Shown here: in pieces, positions 36,501 to 51,275 of the stretch
How the letters are laid out: the number at the start of each line of letters is the position of its first letter
Numbering within the stretch: the stretch's first letter is position 1
Origin: Azolla caroliniana
Taxonomy: Eukaryota > Plantae > Polypodiophyta
Assembly: GCA_043228905.1 (NCBI GenBank)
Contig: JBHGNT010000022.1
Coordinates: forward strand, 9,114,001-9,178,000
DNA length: 64,000 nucleotides
Direction: 5' to 3'
The notes under the pieces: model-generated
Told to the model about the DNA's origin: nothing
Database searches by the model: none
The model's input: the letters and a program-made list of their open reading frames with translations, nothing else
Position numbers and translations under genes: made by a program

Positions 36501-39500
36501 GTTAAATTTTAGAGGAGGAGACTGTAACTTCAAGGCTGACTTGTGTAACTTATAAAATTTAGTGTAGATAAGTCTCAGTCTCATGGATCTTAAGTGGCAG
36601 ATTAAATTCATGGCACCAAATATAACAGAGAACATCTTATAGAAACTCTAACCTCGTTTTAAGGCTTTTCTAACTGTTTGAAGCCTTTTCTAAACTTTCT
36701 CAATGTTCGTTGATGCATATTATGTATCATAGTGTGCTAAACTTTAGGAAGGCAACAATTAACAAGCTCAATTTTGTGTGTTTCTTTCACTAGATTTTAT
36801 GTTCATAAAACATCTTCATGGTTCAAGATTATCACATGTACGTTTTTAGGTTCTTCTAGCAACCACATCTACAGATTGCAAGTGCCGCGTCTTCTCTGCG
36901 TATATAAAGGGGGTTGACAGCAGGTGAGGTTTTTGACTACGTTCCTAAAGTATATGGATAACGTAGAACTGATTTAATTTGTGGGCTTAAAATGTATAAG
37001 GCACTGTAGAGTCTTAAATATATAGGACAGGGCAGAGTTGTAATTTAATTGTTACCTATAATGTTCTTTTTATAGAGGAGATGCAAATACATCTTATGGA
37101 GAAATGACATTTGGAGAGGTATATCAAGCTCGTCTTTACTTTCTACTTATGCCCATTTTCAAGCTAATTCTTGTTACATGAAAATGTTTCTATGAATAAG
37201 TCTAGTCCGTGAACCAAAATAGACTTTATTGAATGGCAAGAACTGATGACTGGATGAAGAATACAGACTCATATCAATATCTCAGTAAATATCTGAGTAA
37301 AGGCTGATTATAAAGTATATATAAGGAAAGTCTCTAACTCCGATTCATCTAATGTACCTTTTCTATCATCAGGAAGTTTCATTCAAGTTCTGACCTGAAT
37401 TCATGCCCAGAGATAGCTATAGGTCATGCAAGTTAGTGTTTCTTAATCTTTACTATTTGGGGTGAATGAAAAAATATTAAATGTATGCCTTTGTGCCAAT
37501 ACAGCAATTATTTGAAGTGAGTGATGTATTTGGCTGGACCTTTGGTGTAAAATGGTCTCCTACTGGAAGTGTACTTGCCTATGTAGGTAAAAATGTTGCT
37601 TACCAGCTGGCTTTCTAATTTCGCTTAATTTCAATACAGTTGATTTTCTTACAATGTTGCAAAATGCAGGTCATGATTCAACAATATGTTTTGTTAAAGT
37701 TACTGGACGCACTTGTGTATCACAAGTTGTGATACTGCCAGGTCTTCCATTACGTGACGTAATTTGTTTCCTTTCTAACTGCCTTGTTGGTTTTATAAAC
37801 ATCCTTCTGTTGAATACAGTTATGCATATGATTTCTTGAATAAGATTTGAAGGTGATTTAACATGCTACTATTGTAAATATCATCGTAGCTCCACATATG
37901 GTTTGGTTGGTGTTATTTGAACATCATTTCCTGTTGAAATATTCATTGCATGTGAACACATGTAGAAAGGACGTTGTTGATAGAAAATCTTCATTGATTA
38001 TTTGAGTATTGAACATTCATCAATTCCTTGATAAAATTAAAACATGTTGCTAAGTAATGCATAGGTAGACATAATGCTCACTTAATAATAGATCAAAATT
38101 GCTAAAAATGTATTAATTTTGTCATGGAACAATCAGGTGTTATTTCTCTCGGAAAATAAAGTTGTTGCTGGCGGTTTTGATTTCAAACCTTTGCTTTTTA
38201 TTGGAGACAATAAAGGCATCTGGTAACATAGTTCACAACTTCCGTCTCTTCTTGTAATCTTCCTTGCAGAAAGCATTTTACAAATTTATATGCTTATCAT
38301 TGGCACAGGAGATTTTCGAGATATTTGGATGAGAACAAAACAAGTGGAGGTGATATAAAAACTGGATCTCAGGTAGGATTCTCAGAATTGTTCATTTTCA
38401 TTGGCCATTACAAGAATTCTACTTCTTATTATGCTTTCTTTTATTTATTGCATCACTAACATAAGTTGTGATGCATTCCGAATGATCTAGTTCTCAGAAA
38501 AATTTGGTAAATTCTATGGGCAATCAAAGGCGGATTCAAGTCTTGCTGGATCAGACCAATCAAAAAGCTTCCATGAGAATTGCATAACGTATGTTCCTTT
38601 CATATTTTCCTTCATCTATGTAAAAATGTTCCGAATGAACTAGTTTTCCTTCATATTTGTGGCATCCTTCATGATTATTATCAATTGCTTTTTCACCGCA
38701 TGACTTCTTGCATTAAAATAGTAGATGGTTCCTGTGATGGACTTTGAGGTTTGAATTAAGAAAGTGTCTGTTTTGCTTTTGTTGGGGGTGGGTATCTAGG
38801 GTCATCTCGTGCGCTTGCAAAAGAGAGCATCTCATGGTAACTGAGTATATATATGAACGACATTGTAGAAAACATCAGGGAATCTCTTAAAGTTTTAACA
38901 ATGAAATGTGATCCAGTTCTTGATTCAGTATTTAGCTGTTTCTAATCAAATTTCGGTTCTAAGATTCTTTTTAGATAGCCAAAATAATTTTTGGCACAAC
39001 GGTTTCATATATCGCTCTAATCCGTACTTTGACTTGCAATATATCCAGAATCCCAAATTTTACAGAAGTGTAGGATTTTAATGTTGACCTGGTGTTCAAT
39101 CCACCAGGTTTTATTGTAATTGCGGAGCATGAAAGGTTTTTCATTTTGCTTGATCAAATCTGCAATAACTATATTTGTTCATAATAGTAAATATTGTTTT
39201 TTGGACGAACTTGTAAGGCACTTCAAATGAATAAAAAGACGCAAAACTATTTTAGAGTGAGATCTTGTAGATCAAAGCCTTCGAGTACCATTGGTATTTG
39301 ATAATAATCAAATGTCCTCCAAAAATGTAGATTACATTTCTTTTTGGTTGCCTTCTGGTAAAGATTATACTTTTCAGATTTTGTTGGATTGAAAGGGTAT
39401 TAATTGTGAATTTAAAACAAAATTTCAACTATATAGGGTCATAATTGTTTTTTTTTGGGATTATTCAAGGTCCTTTGCATTGATACCATCAGGCATCAGG

Positions 39501-39687
39501 AATCGACCATCACATACATTTAGTACTACAGGTATTCAACATACAAGGTATCAGGTCTAAACTATGAAAGCATCAGATCACATTTCTAACATTATGTATT
39601 GCCTTGTATTTCACAGGATTAGATGGGAAAATTGTGATATGGGATCTCAACAACTTAAATGATGCCTTATCAGCCCTTAATCTGTGA
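33406..39687 (+). CDS. ARPC1: Actin-related protein 2/3 complex subunit 1 (WD40); exons 33406-33478, 33620-33714, 35368-35444, 35875-35969, 36078-36147, 36291-36360, 36850-36923, 37076-37118, 37505-37586, 37670-37758, 38137-38222, 38309-38372, 38491-38588, 39470-39531, 39617-39687
   Basis: [73 protein letters not shown] match ARPC1. Phases are consistent; intron 4 is GC-AG. Confidence 0.95.
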
Positions 39688-40559
39688 GCTTGTTAGAATG
39701 ATGGTAAAGTTGATACTCTTCTATAAGCAAGAGAATGGGTTCAGCTGCTTAATGAGAGACATTTGGATAGTCCATGTTAAAGTCGAGATAAAAATGATTC
39801 TTTAATGCTAGGTCTTACCTTCTCACGAATTGTTGTCTTGGTATCTAGTTTCTTTGGATATCACCTGATATGTTTGTATACTGTTGAAATCAGGTATTTT
39901 GAAGTGAATGACTTAAAACTTGGCAGTAGCACTAATATCTGATAGGAAAAACAAACCGAAAGATTTCCCAATTACTCTGTGTAATTGTCTTGGCTGCCAG
40001 GAAATGTTCTGATTATATTTATAATCAAATTATAACATTTGCAGGTGCTATAATGATATTGTACCGATTATTTGGGTTATCCTTTCTTCTTTACATAATG
40101 AGAGGCAAATTTTCATGGCTAGTGCAATGTTATTTTGAAAACTATTGTGTTGGAAGTATTTTTCTAGATGATTATCCAGAGTGGTTTGGCCATAAGTTAT
40201 GCACAATAGCAGTCCATCTAGGACCCTCCAATATATCTTCCATTTTCAATGTATGATATTGAAGTTACGGCTATCAATACTCCATTTAGCACAACATTGG
40301 TATGGGCAAGGGTGAGATTGAACCAAATGCTCGACTTGGCATTTGATCTATAGTGGCCACATCTATGTGATGAGCATGGCAACAATTCAGAATTGTTAGG
40401 GACCATCCCATGATCTTCTTCAAGCCTGAGTCTAACTAGTGATCGTTGAAAATGTTTCACCATTCCCCTAAACATCATTAGAGGGAACCTTCATGAAGAT
40501 GTTTTGCATTGTTTCAATAGTACCCTTCGCATCGTAGAAATACCCTGCTCTTTTCCTCA

Positions 40560-41200
40560 ACACTAGTGAAAGAAAACCTAACCTTACTACCAAGTCATGA
40601 TATTAATAATGTAGTAAATGTGTAGCATCAAAGCAATGATTAGTAGAAGCCATACAAATAGTCACAGCTGACTATTTGAAAAATTTGCTTTTATAATAGT
40701 TAACTTGTCAATTGATACAAAAAACTAGCTCACTTCAATTGTTGTATTGTGGAGGAATTGTCCCAACCTTTTATGAATGCCATTTTTTGCTTGCATGGCC
40801 TTCCAAATGGTTGTCTTAGACTAGGGTTTTCTCTTCCACAAGTTGTGGTATTTATGTCTTTGCTTGGAGTTGAAAGAAAAGTTTTGATGGCATGTCACCC
40901 TAGATAGTCAAGGACATGGAGTGCATAAATCAATCCCTTGAACAATATCTTCAAATTGTTTTAGTCTACCGAGAGTGGACAACTAGGAACAATTACTTCT
41001 ATGGTAGAGCTTACATGCAAGAAAACAATTCAATCTCCGAGAAGAGCTTTGAGTTGAACTTCTTCAGGCCTACAACGCACCAAAGAAGCTATGGACAAGC
41101 ATCATAAGGTTGCTATTGTCTTTCAATATGAGGACAAGATATTGCTTCCACTAAAGAACATCAAAATCTCTTGCCCAAGTCCAATGCTTTACTACACAAT
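40560..41200 (+). mobile_element. Highly decayed gypsy integrase remnant
   Basis: HP.IVKDMECINQSLEQYL resembles the integrase HPQTDGQTERVNQ.LEQYL motif, followed by a GDKVLL-like segment. Confidence 0.45.
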
Positions 41201-43479
41201 TGTTGGGGACTCCATATGGTGAGCAAATACCCCACTAAACATATGTATTATAGTAGGGGGGGTCATGAGACAACAATATGAGCATGAAATACCTTCAAGA
41301 ATTTTCTTTTCTTGTGATACCTCATGAATGACACCACACCCTCATATTTTGGCTTGATTTACATGTTATAATAGTTGAGTGATATTTGTCACCACATTTG
41401 ATGTGCCCAAGAAATCCATTGGTAAGTTAATGAGAATATTGTTGATCACTTAGGGGGCATGTTCAATGGATGGCTTAGTTGGGTTATCTTGATAATATTA
41501 CCCTCATTACTTCATGTGTCCTCTATTCGTGGCTATTGGAGTGACATGGAGAGGATTGCCGGGTATGTGGGGATTGTGGTGTCAAGTAGTTCATTCTTTA
41601 GTGAATGTACTAGGGCGGCTAGTGTTGCAACTCTAGGGTTTCCTTTTTCATGCCCAACATGCTTAGGTTTCTCTTCTTCTTGGGGGACCATACCTAATCT
41701 AAGCGAGGTTGATGCCACTTAGAGTTTTATGATGAGCATGATGCGTTGTGCGCTTATTTTTTATTCTTGAGATTGATGAATTGACAATGCACAAATTAGC
41801 TAAACACCTAATCGAACTATGACAACTAATATTTGCCAACCCAACCTCTTCCCTTGACAACCCTATCTAACACATTAATTTGCTACCCGACAAACACACG
41901 ATCCCACATTTCAAATCCCCACCATAGAAGAGATCATCAATGATGATCCATGAGCTTGGTCCTACCATGATGATCCAAGAGGCCATTGTTATGAAGTTGT
42001 GTGTCTGGGTATAAAACGTGACCAAGACCACCGGGGACTTGAACTAGAGAGGATAGGTTGCATACCTAAATTGTTGTGTTGAGGACTTCAGGTTACCTAT
42101 CAATATTTGGTTTAGTGACCGACATGGGTTTTTGACTATGATTCATATGTTAGATACAAGATTTCCAACATTTAATAATAGTTACTTTGTTGGTAAATAC
42201 AATGCTTCAAACTCTATAGCACCAAGGTTTGAATATTGCCTTACACAATTACATCAATGTGGCACATTAAACCTACATACTTTATTTTATTCCCTATCCT
42301 GATGTTGGAGGAAGATTAGAACTATAATTTTTATCGTCCATAAAGAGGCCAAATTTGACCTATGGGATCAGAGTATACATGTGTTCTTGATATGTGTCTC
42401 CTTCCTAAAAAGGGGTATTCATACCTTCAAGCACAAAGTCTCTAATTGTGAAGGAGGAGAAGGTTGGATGAGGAGAACATTGTGAGGAGGAGAAGACACA
42501 GACTTCTCACCATGTGCGTGAAGAGAGCTATCTTTAAAATTTTACATATCTAAATTTGGAGCGTTGGTGAGGGAGATATGACGATGAGAAGGTCGTTGTG
42601 TCATAGCTAAAAATAAGAGATAAAAAACTTCAATAAAAAGCGTGAAAAAGAGAGGAAAGGGAGAATAAGAAGTGGGATGGAAGAGGCTAAGGAAGAGGTC
42701 CACAGACTAGAAGTATTTTATTATATTAGATCTCATTCTAATCAAGATTGGTGATTTATACACTTACGTTGTCTTTGTTTGTAGAGTCTATTGACATTAA
42801 GTCATTGTTGAAGGTGAAGGATTTGAATAGAATTGAGTTGTTTTGTAGAAGTTTATCAACCACATTAATTATTTAATTACTCTTTATATATTTTTCGTCT
42901 CTCTAATTATTTTAGTATAGTATATCCTTGTTAAAAGGCTCTTCCAATAAGTCCTTACACGCTTAACTTGGAGATCGAAAGTGGAAGAACGTGTGGAATA
43001 GAGCGAAGAACTTCAAACAACTCTATGGAGGTCACACAAACTCCGATTTGGATGTATAAGATGTCAAAATCTTCCTCTTTATGAGAAGCATCAGTGGTCT
43101 AAATCTCGATGCAAACAGAGCCATTCTCTTGGAGTAATTTTTATTTGACGAAAGATTATGATGTCACAATGTTTGTGGAGAAAATCACTCCAAGTTATAC
43201 TTAAGGAAAGACTTCTATATTTCTAAATTACCATTTTCTTTCTCTACTTGTTTCTTAACCATCTTCTTTAAAGTTTCTTCTTGACTTATAACTCATAAGC
43301 AATATATACATTTATATGATCCTTAATATCTTAATCCCTCTTAATTTCTTGAATCTCTCTCCCTAATTCGTAGTCGCCTTGGTCTCTATAATCTATTATA
43401 ATTCACAACTCTCTCTAATTGGTTTGGTCAAGCCCTTATATTGTGTATGACTATCACTTGTCTTATACACTCTATTAGT

Positions 43480-46130
43480 ATTGTGGCCGGAAAGGCCCCA
43501 GAGAGAGCAAGTGTTGGAAGAAGCGCGCCATTTCAGATAGATTCGGATCGAGCCGTGGTGATGCAGATAGACGTCACCGTTCACATTTCGCCGAGAAAGG
43601 AGACCGAACCAAAATGGCTCCCCACTTGTAATGAAGCACAAGACAAAGTAGATGGGAGAACATACCAAGAAACCGAAAGAGGTCTGGTACATTGATCCTG
43701 GAGCGTCAAATCATATGATGAACCATGTTGATTGGTTTTCGAGTGTGGAAAAACAGGAACAATTGGGAGTTGTCAAGATTGGCGACAAGGCCGTGCACCC
43801 CATCAAACATGTGGGTGATGTACCGCTCAGTCATGTCGGACAAAAACGGTTGATGCGGAATGTGTTGCATGTCTCGACAATTGCAAAGAACTTGGTATCT
43901 GTTGGACAAATTGTTGATCAGGGCATGCATGTCCGATTTAATCACCATGACTGCTTCATTAAGGACGAGGGCAGACTCATAGCGTGTGGGTGCAAAGATG
44001 GGAGAATGTTTTTCCTTCAAAATGATGTTGGCACTGTGATGTTTGCAAGAGGACAAAAGATCGAATCCGACATCGACCTGTGGCACAAGCAGATCAACCA
44101 CATCAATTATCAGAAGCTTCAAGTCCTTCAATCGAAGCCGATTGTTAAGGATGAGGCCAATGAGGCCAAGATGTCCCTGGATGAAGAAGAAATCAGAACT
44201 CAAGAGGAGAGTTCGATCTCATTTCGGCTGAGTGGGTCAAATGAGGGGTTGAGCCGAAATGGCCAGCCGAATGAAGAGCCGACGAGCAGCAAGGACTCGG
44301 TTGTTCATTCCCCATGCCAAAAGCCGAGGAGATGGTTTACGTGCAAGGAGAAAGGGAAGATGAAGATGCTAGAATATGGCACAGAGGCTGCCACATTAGA
44401 TCGGAGTGAGTCTGATGCGGACAGGATCGTTAAGGAACCTCCAAATTTGAGGTAGCGGCCAAGAGGGTCGTAAAATAGGCCAACCAGAATTTGCGCTGAT
44501 CCACTTGCAAGAAGAGCCCCACAATCTGGTATAGATACAACGAGTATATGGCATACCACTATGCGTACATGACGAAGGTGGCAGACGTGTGTGAGCTGAA
44601 GAGCTATGCAAAGGCGCGAAGGACGCCAATTAACGGAAGGCCATGGAGGAAGAGATGCACGCATTAGCGCAAAATGAGACTTGGGATCTGGTTGATGCCC
44701 CCAAGGGTGTAAAGCCAATCAGATGCAGATGGGTGTACAAGGTCAAATACAATGCCGACGACGCCGTCAACCGGTACAAGGTTCGACTAGTGGCCAAAGG
44801 CTATGCACAACAACACGACATCAATCACGATGAGACGTTTGCACCAATCGTGAAGATGACGGCCGTTCGTGTGTTGTTGGCCATAACAACGATAAAGGAA
44901 TGACATCTACACCAGATGGATGTCAGGAACGTGTTCCTGCAAGGAGAGCTTGAGGAACATGTGTACATGGTGTAGCCTCCCGGATTTCAGTCTAGATTGA
45001 ACACGTCAGTCGTTTGCCGACTGAAGAAGTCATTTTACGGATTAAAGCAAGCCCTGCGTGCATGGAATGTGAAGATCATGCAACGATTGTGTCGGACGGG
45101 GTTTTCCCCGTTGAAGTCGAACTCGTCACTGTTCATCCGGCAGGGTCGGAACAAGCCGATATGTATTTTGCTTTATGTTGATGATTTTATCATTGCCAGT
45201 GCCGACCTTGAAGAAATCGGCCGCATGAAGTCCCAACTTGCGATATCATTTGAGATGAAGGATTTGGGGGATCTTCATTACTTCCTTGGGATCGAAGTGA
45301 TCCGCACCCCCGAAGGCATACTGATAAGCCAACAACATTATGTGCTAATTATGCTCTTCAAGTTCGGAATGACGAATTGCAAATTCGTCTCGACTCATCT
45401 AGATCGAAACCTGAAGCTTCACCAAGGATTGGAAACAACATGTGACCCGACACAATTTCAATAAATTGTTGAAAGCCTTATTTATCTGACGATCACCTGA
45501 CTAGACCTCAGCTATCCGGTCGGCTTGATTAGTCACCTTATGTCGCAACCGACAACCAAACAACTGTAGTGCGCGTAGAGGATCTTGAGATATGTAAGCG
45601 GCACAAAGGACATGGCGTCATTGTATTGGACCAATGCAGTCGGTCAATTAGTCGACTATACGGATGCCGACTAGCACGGAAATTCCGGTGATCGCAGGTC
45701 AACATCCGATTTACTTTTTCACTTGGAAGCGTTGTGTTCTCTTAGAGCAATAAGAAGCAACCGACATTTGCACTGTTGAGCATGAAGGCTGAATATAGAG
45801 GAGTGCCTGTCGCAACATGCAAAGCCATTTGGCTCAAGCGGCTATTAAGGGATCTGTAGGTGGAGGTATCTGAGCCGACAATCATATACTGAACAACCTC
45901 AACAACATCCAACTCGCAAAGAACCCCGACTTCCACGCTAAGACAAAGAACATTGAGGCACACTTTCATTTTGCTCGTGAGCGAGTTCTATCAGGTGAGG
46001 TTGAGCTTGTGTATATTCTGATGGATCGGCAGTCTGCCGATATCTTCACCAAACCTCTCGGCTTGGACAAATTGCGGCAATTTTCGAGTATGCTTGGCTT
46101 GTAGCACCACGACATATCAAACTTGAGGGG
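43480..46130 (+). mobile_element. Decayed Ty1/copia internal region with the integrase core deleted
   Basis: PR WYIDPGASNHM, GAG-pre-INT DLWHKQINHINY, RT (RYKVRLVAKGYAQ, LLYVDD), RH ending ADIFTKPLG...LRG; many stops; no LTRs recognised. Confidence 0.88.
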
Positions 46131-47697
46131 GATATGTAGCGAGAGGGAGAGGGACGAAGTCTAAGAAGCCGAATCAAAGGTGGAATTTGATTTTGGGACG
46201 AGTGAAGAAGCCGGGACATCTAAAATGGCTGAAGAAGTCGAGGATGATGGGATAAGTGGAAGCAGAAAGACTAAGCATGGACTAACCCGATGCAGGGGGT
46301 GTGGCCAAAAGGATGAACCAGTGCAAGAGCCAACCGAACAAGGGGAAGGTAGAGCTGAGAAAGGCAAGGTGGGTAGTAGAGCCAAGAAGGGCAACCGACT
46401 TGAAGGAGAAGGCCATGACCATGACATGGGCAGATGTGGTCAAGGGCCAGAAAGAAGGCGAATCGAAGACAAACGATTCAGACAAGAGCAGGAACGAATT
46501 AGAGACAACTGATTCGGATGAGCTGAATTGCATGAAAGCCAAGCGGACAAGAAGGTAGCCAAAGATGATGCCAAGGCGGGAGAGCCGACGCGTCGCGGAG
46601 CACCGAAGTCGCATAAGCAAGAAGAAGGCTGACAAAGGCCTTGGCAGTAGACAAGCTGACCGAGCAGGTCGAGGTGCGCAGAAAACACGTTCGCGTTCAC
46701 AAGTGGAAGGATCGTGCATAAATGGAAGGATAAGAAATATTTTGATTGATTTTAGTACCTTTTCAATGATTTTACAAAACACATTGATACCAATATCATA
46801 CATCTTCAAATATACTATGAAAAAGGTTAAAAATCCACTATTTTCATGATTTCGAAAAAGAAGAAGAGGAATTTCAAAAATTTACATTCTCAATTTATAT
46901 CACAAACTTTACAACCAATGTTATTTTATAAGAAATGATTTTTTAGAAATCATAAGAATTCAAAACACATGCTTTTATATTACTCGATTTGTTACAAGCG
47001 GAATGTAATTACACTTAATAGCCAAAAATACATTCATGATCACTCTTTTACGGAGAATCACTACTATAACTAATATACAATGGCAATTCCTCCTCGTCAT
47101 CCTCGGATGTACCAATCAATGCATTATCTTCGTCATAAACCAAATGGTTTGACTCTAGATTATATGTAGCAGATCTCGTTTGCCTTCGACTCGAGCCACC
47201 TTGTAGACATGGTAATTTTTCTTTTATTATATCTATTGTTGACTTCCTTAATTATCCGGCTTTTGTAAGCGTGAAGTCGTACACGATGATATCCACATAA
47301 GAGATATCAAGGGTCGAGGTGTTACAAATGTTTTGCTTCCTCTTCCTACCTCCCCTTGTCGTTGGGCATTCAATCATCTCCAATGTATAATTACCCGTAA
47401 AAGCATTTGCACTTCTAGTGTTCTACCAATGAACTTTTATAGACTTGATCGTGTTTTCTATTTCATGAATTAGCACTTCTAGAATTTTACCAACCCAAAA
47501 TTGGTGACCATGTGAGTTCTCATCAACAGGCGTTGCAATCGACATCCCCGCCACGAGTTCTTGCAAAAGCCTTGCCATCTAGCTTCGGCTGCTTTGGTCA
47601 TCCTTGGTCCCACATAAATGTCTCTTTGTTGTGGATGTATCAAATTGTCATTAATCGCATTTGTTGGTTGCTCGGGAGTTTTATTTACACGATCATG

Positions 47698-48069
47698 TTA
47701 TAGAGACCATGTGAATGGTGTTTCCAAATTCCAATTATCACCAAATACATAATTGTCTATAATTCCTTTATGATCACTAAAAAATACATCCCACCATGAC
47801 GTGTCTTGTTGTGCGGCATATTTCTTTGCGCCCTCAATATGCTTTCTTTTTTCTTCTAAGGCTTGGAGCCATAATTGTTTTTGTTCCGATACCAAGTCAC
47901 TATGCAATTGTCCTTTCTTCTCAATTGGCATTTGTTTAGCTCCATGGACAATTGTAATCAGCATACAAAGTAATAATTGACAACATCCTTCAGGTTCCCA
48001 TGTTGTAGAAGATGAATATTTCTTAGCATACAAAAGCGTAGAACCACTTATTTCATTTTTCTTTATCAT
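47698..48069 (-). other. Degenerate ORF of unknown origin, possibly a DNA-transposon accessory gene relic
   Basis: 123-aa open frame with protein-like composition in otherwise stop-riddled sequence; family not recognised. Confidence 0.25.
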
Positions 48070-48157
48070 AAAAATGTGAATGAAGCTTATATTGTTTAAC
48101 TAGGCGAGCACTTTAACATTCCCAATGCCCCCATCTGATATATATCTCTTAAAGTCA

Positions 48158-48462
48158 TGTTGAGAATCAAGCTCAACTTGGTCTAGTGTGTGAACTCACC
48201 TTGAGAGTGAATAGACACTCCAACGGTCAAGAGTCACCATTATGTCACCACTTTGTATTCTAGCATTTAGTATGAGTCATAGAATCATATTCTATGACAC
48301 ATACCTTATGAGCTTTCACATTCCCCATGCTCCACGAGTCTTGTAGTTAATGAAGAGAGAGGGTGACTATATAAAGCACCCTCCTCCCACCTTGTATGAT
48401 GTTGAGTCTTTCTCTTGTGTTAATATAATCTACCTTGCGTATACTCTGTGTCTTACTCCTTG

Positions 48463-48551
<89 letters not shown>

Positions 48552-51275
48552 CACACACATAACTCACATCTCTTCCGTTTCACAAGAATCATATCCGATT
48601 CTTTACATGGTATCAGAGCGATTTGGTAGCTTGATCTAACCCATTCGCCTCATCGTGATCGTGTGTTGTGCTCTACGCCGACGACCAAGAACCGGCTCAT
48701 CGCTATCATAGCTTCGCTACATAGCTCGCATTCGAAGAGAGAAGAAGAAGAAGAAGAAGAAGAAGAAGAAGAAGAATCAACATAATGAATACTCAAATGG
48801 GGAGCGCTCTCCCTAATGAGAAGTTGGATCGAAACAACTTCGCATCTTGGGAGTACAAGATGCACCAATACCTTGTCGGACAAGGCTATTGGAGCTACAT
48901 CAAAGGAGAGCATGAAGACCGACCCGCCGAAGCGGCTCCCGGATACGCAACATGGGAGCAAGCTGCAAGCCGTGTGATCTATTGCTTGGCGACATGTGTT
49001 CACGATCACATGCTTGGCTACATTTGCGAAACCAAGACACCGAAGGAGGCATGGGAAAATCTACGAAAGATTTTTGCGGCGAACACAACCGCAAGAAGGC
49101 TTCAACTCCGCCAAGAGTTGAACAACATTCAACAAAGGGATGTCCATCACGACATACACCTTGAAGATCAAGGAGCTTTGTGAATCGCTCGGCTCGATAA
49201 GCGTAAGTATAGATGATGATGATATGGTGCAAATATACCTCGGCGACCTCGCACCACGGTTCGGCGCTATGCGAACCACTGTTGTAGCCAGGGAGAAATC
49301 TCCCTCCTTCTTCGAGCTCCAATCAATGCTATTGGTTGAAGAAAACCACGTGCATACAAGGAGCAACGAGTCGGAAGGCCACATGCTCTACACGCACTCA
49401 AATGGAGGAAGAGGACGCGGAGGAGCGAGAGGCCGATTCGGCCAAGGACAAGGTGGACGAGGTCCGACCTACGACAACAACTCCCAATTTCGGCCACAAA
49501 ACGGAAGCCAATGAGGAACCTTCGCAAGAAGGGGGAGCTTCCACTCCAGCCTGAGCCGTCAAAACGCAACCGAATGCGGATATTGCGGAAAGCTCGGCCA
49601 CCACGAAGAAGAGTGCCGAAAGAAGATGCGCAAAACAGTTTCCACAAGCCGACGACTCACGAATTAGGCGCACAATTCCGACTACGAAGAGTATAGCGGA
49701 ATGTATGGGCACAACTCTGACTATGAAGATCGTGGCGGAATGTATGCACACAACTCCGACCGTGGCGGAATGTTCATGATGAAACATAGAGCAAACTCTA
49801 TGTCGTCTTCTACCTCAACTAGTACCTCCGGTCCGAAAGACGTATGGTTCGTCGATTCTGGTGCCTCGAACCATATGACATCGCATCAAGAATGGTTCCG
49901 AGAACTTCGAGAGCCGGACCGACCCGACTATGTCGAAACCGGAGACAACACTACGCACCCGATTTGGCACATCGGCAATGTTCTGTTCGGGAAAGAAGGT
50001 AAGCAAAATTACATTAAAAATGTCTTGCATGTACAGACCATTACGAAGAATTTGGTCTCCATCGGCCAAATTGTAGAGCAAGGGATGCAAGTTCGATTTA
50101 ATCAAGGCGGTTGCTTCATCGAAAAAGAGGGCCGACTCATCGCATGCAGACGAAGAGAGGGCCGAATGTTCATTCTCGACTCACATGAGATGAAATTGGC
50201 CATGTTCGCAAAGGGCATGAAAGCCGACTCCGCCATAGAGCTGTGGCACAAGTGAATCGGCCACATCAATCTCAACAAACTCAAAGCAATGAAATCGAAA
50301 GGAGTCGTCATAGGACTCCCGACATTCAAAGAGAAGGAGATTGAAGGTGTATGCGAAGCGTGCCAATTCGGCAAGCAACACCGACAGCCATTCCCGAAAG
50401 AGCTGAATGTGAGCAAACGTCTACTCGACGTAGTCCATTCCGACATATGGGGACCGGCGCAGACGACTACATTCGGCGGATGCTAATATTACGTGCTCTT
50501 CATCGACAACTTCTCCAGACACACTTGGATGTACCCGATGCGGCAAAAGAGCGAAGTGTTCAGACACTTCCAAAAATTCAAGAATGAAATCGAGAAAGCC
50601 ACGAGCCGACATGTACGATGTCTTCGATCGGATGGCGGCAAGGAGTACTTCTCGAACGATTTCACGGCGTATCTCCGAAAGGAAGGAATTCGGCGAGAAT
50701 TCACTTGAAGACACACTCCGCAACAAAACGGAGTAGCCGAGCGCAAAAATCAGCACATCCTCGAAGTAGCGCGAGCCATGATGAACGAGAAGCATATGCC
50801 CAAGTCATATTGGGCCGATGCTGCAAATACGGTCGTCTACCTAATGAACCGGTGCACAACATCCGGCGTGCACGAGGTCACTCCGCATGAAAAATACTTC
50901 GGAAAGAAGCCGGACTTATCGCACACCCGGATATTTGGCGCGATAGCGTACGTGCACATCCCCAATGAGAAGCGTCAAAAGCTTGACCCGAAGTCGGAGA
51001 AATGTATCCTCGTAGGATACTCACTCGAACAAAAGGGGTACAAGTGCTACAACCCCTCAACTCGAAAATCTCGAGTAAGTCGAGATGTCATTTTTGACGA
51101 GTCTACATCCTGGTACGCACCACAGACAACCTCGACTCCGACTCCGCTCGACCCAGAATCCGCCGAACAAGAGATAGAGGATGAAGATCTCCTTACGCGC
51201 ATGTTCAAAGGAAGTCCGATCATGAACCGACTGAGCGGACCACAAGAGCCTTTGAGCTATCAAAGCAGATCACGG
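48158..51275 (+). mobile_element. Ty1/copia element, 5' half (LTR 48158-48607, PBS 48608-48619, gag-PR-INT), interrupted by element B
   Basis: TGTTGAG...TTACA LTR immediately followed by TGGTATCAGAGC; gag from ATG 48785, WFVDSGASNHM, LRSDGGKEY, QNGVAER, KLDPKSEKC; frameshifts and stops present. Confidence 0.92.
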
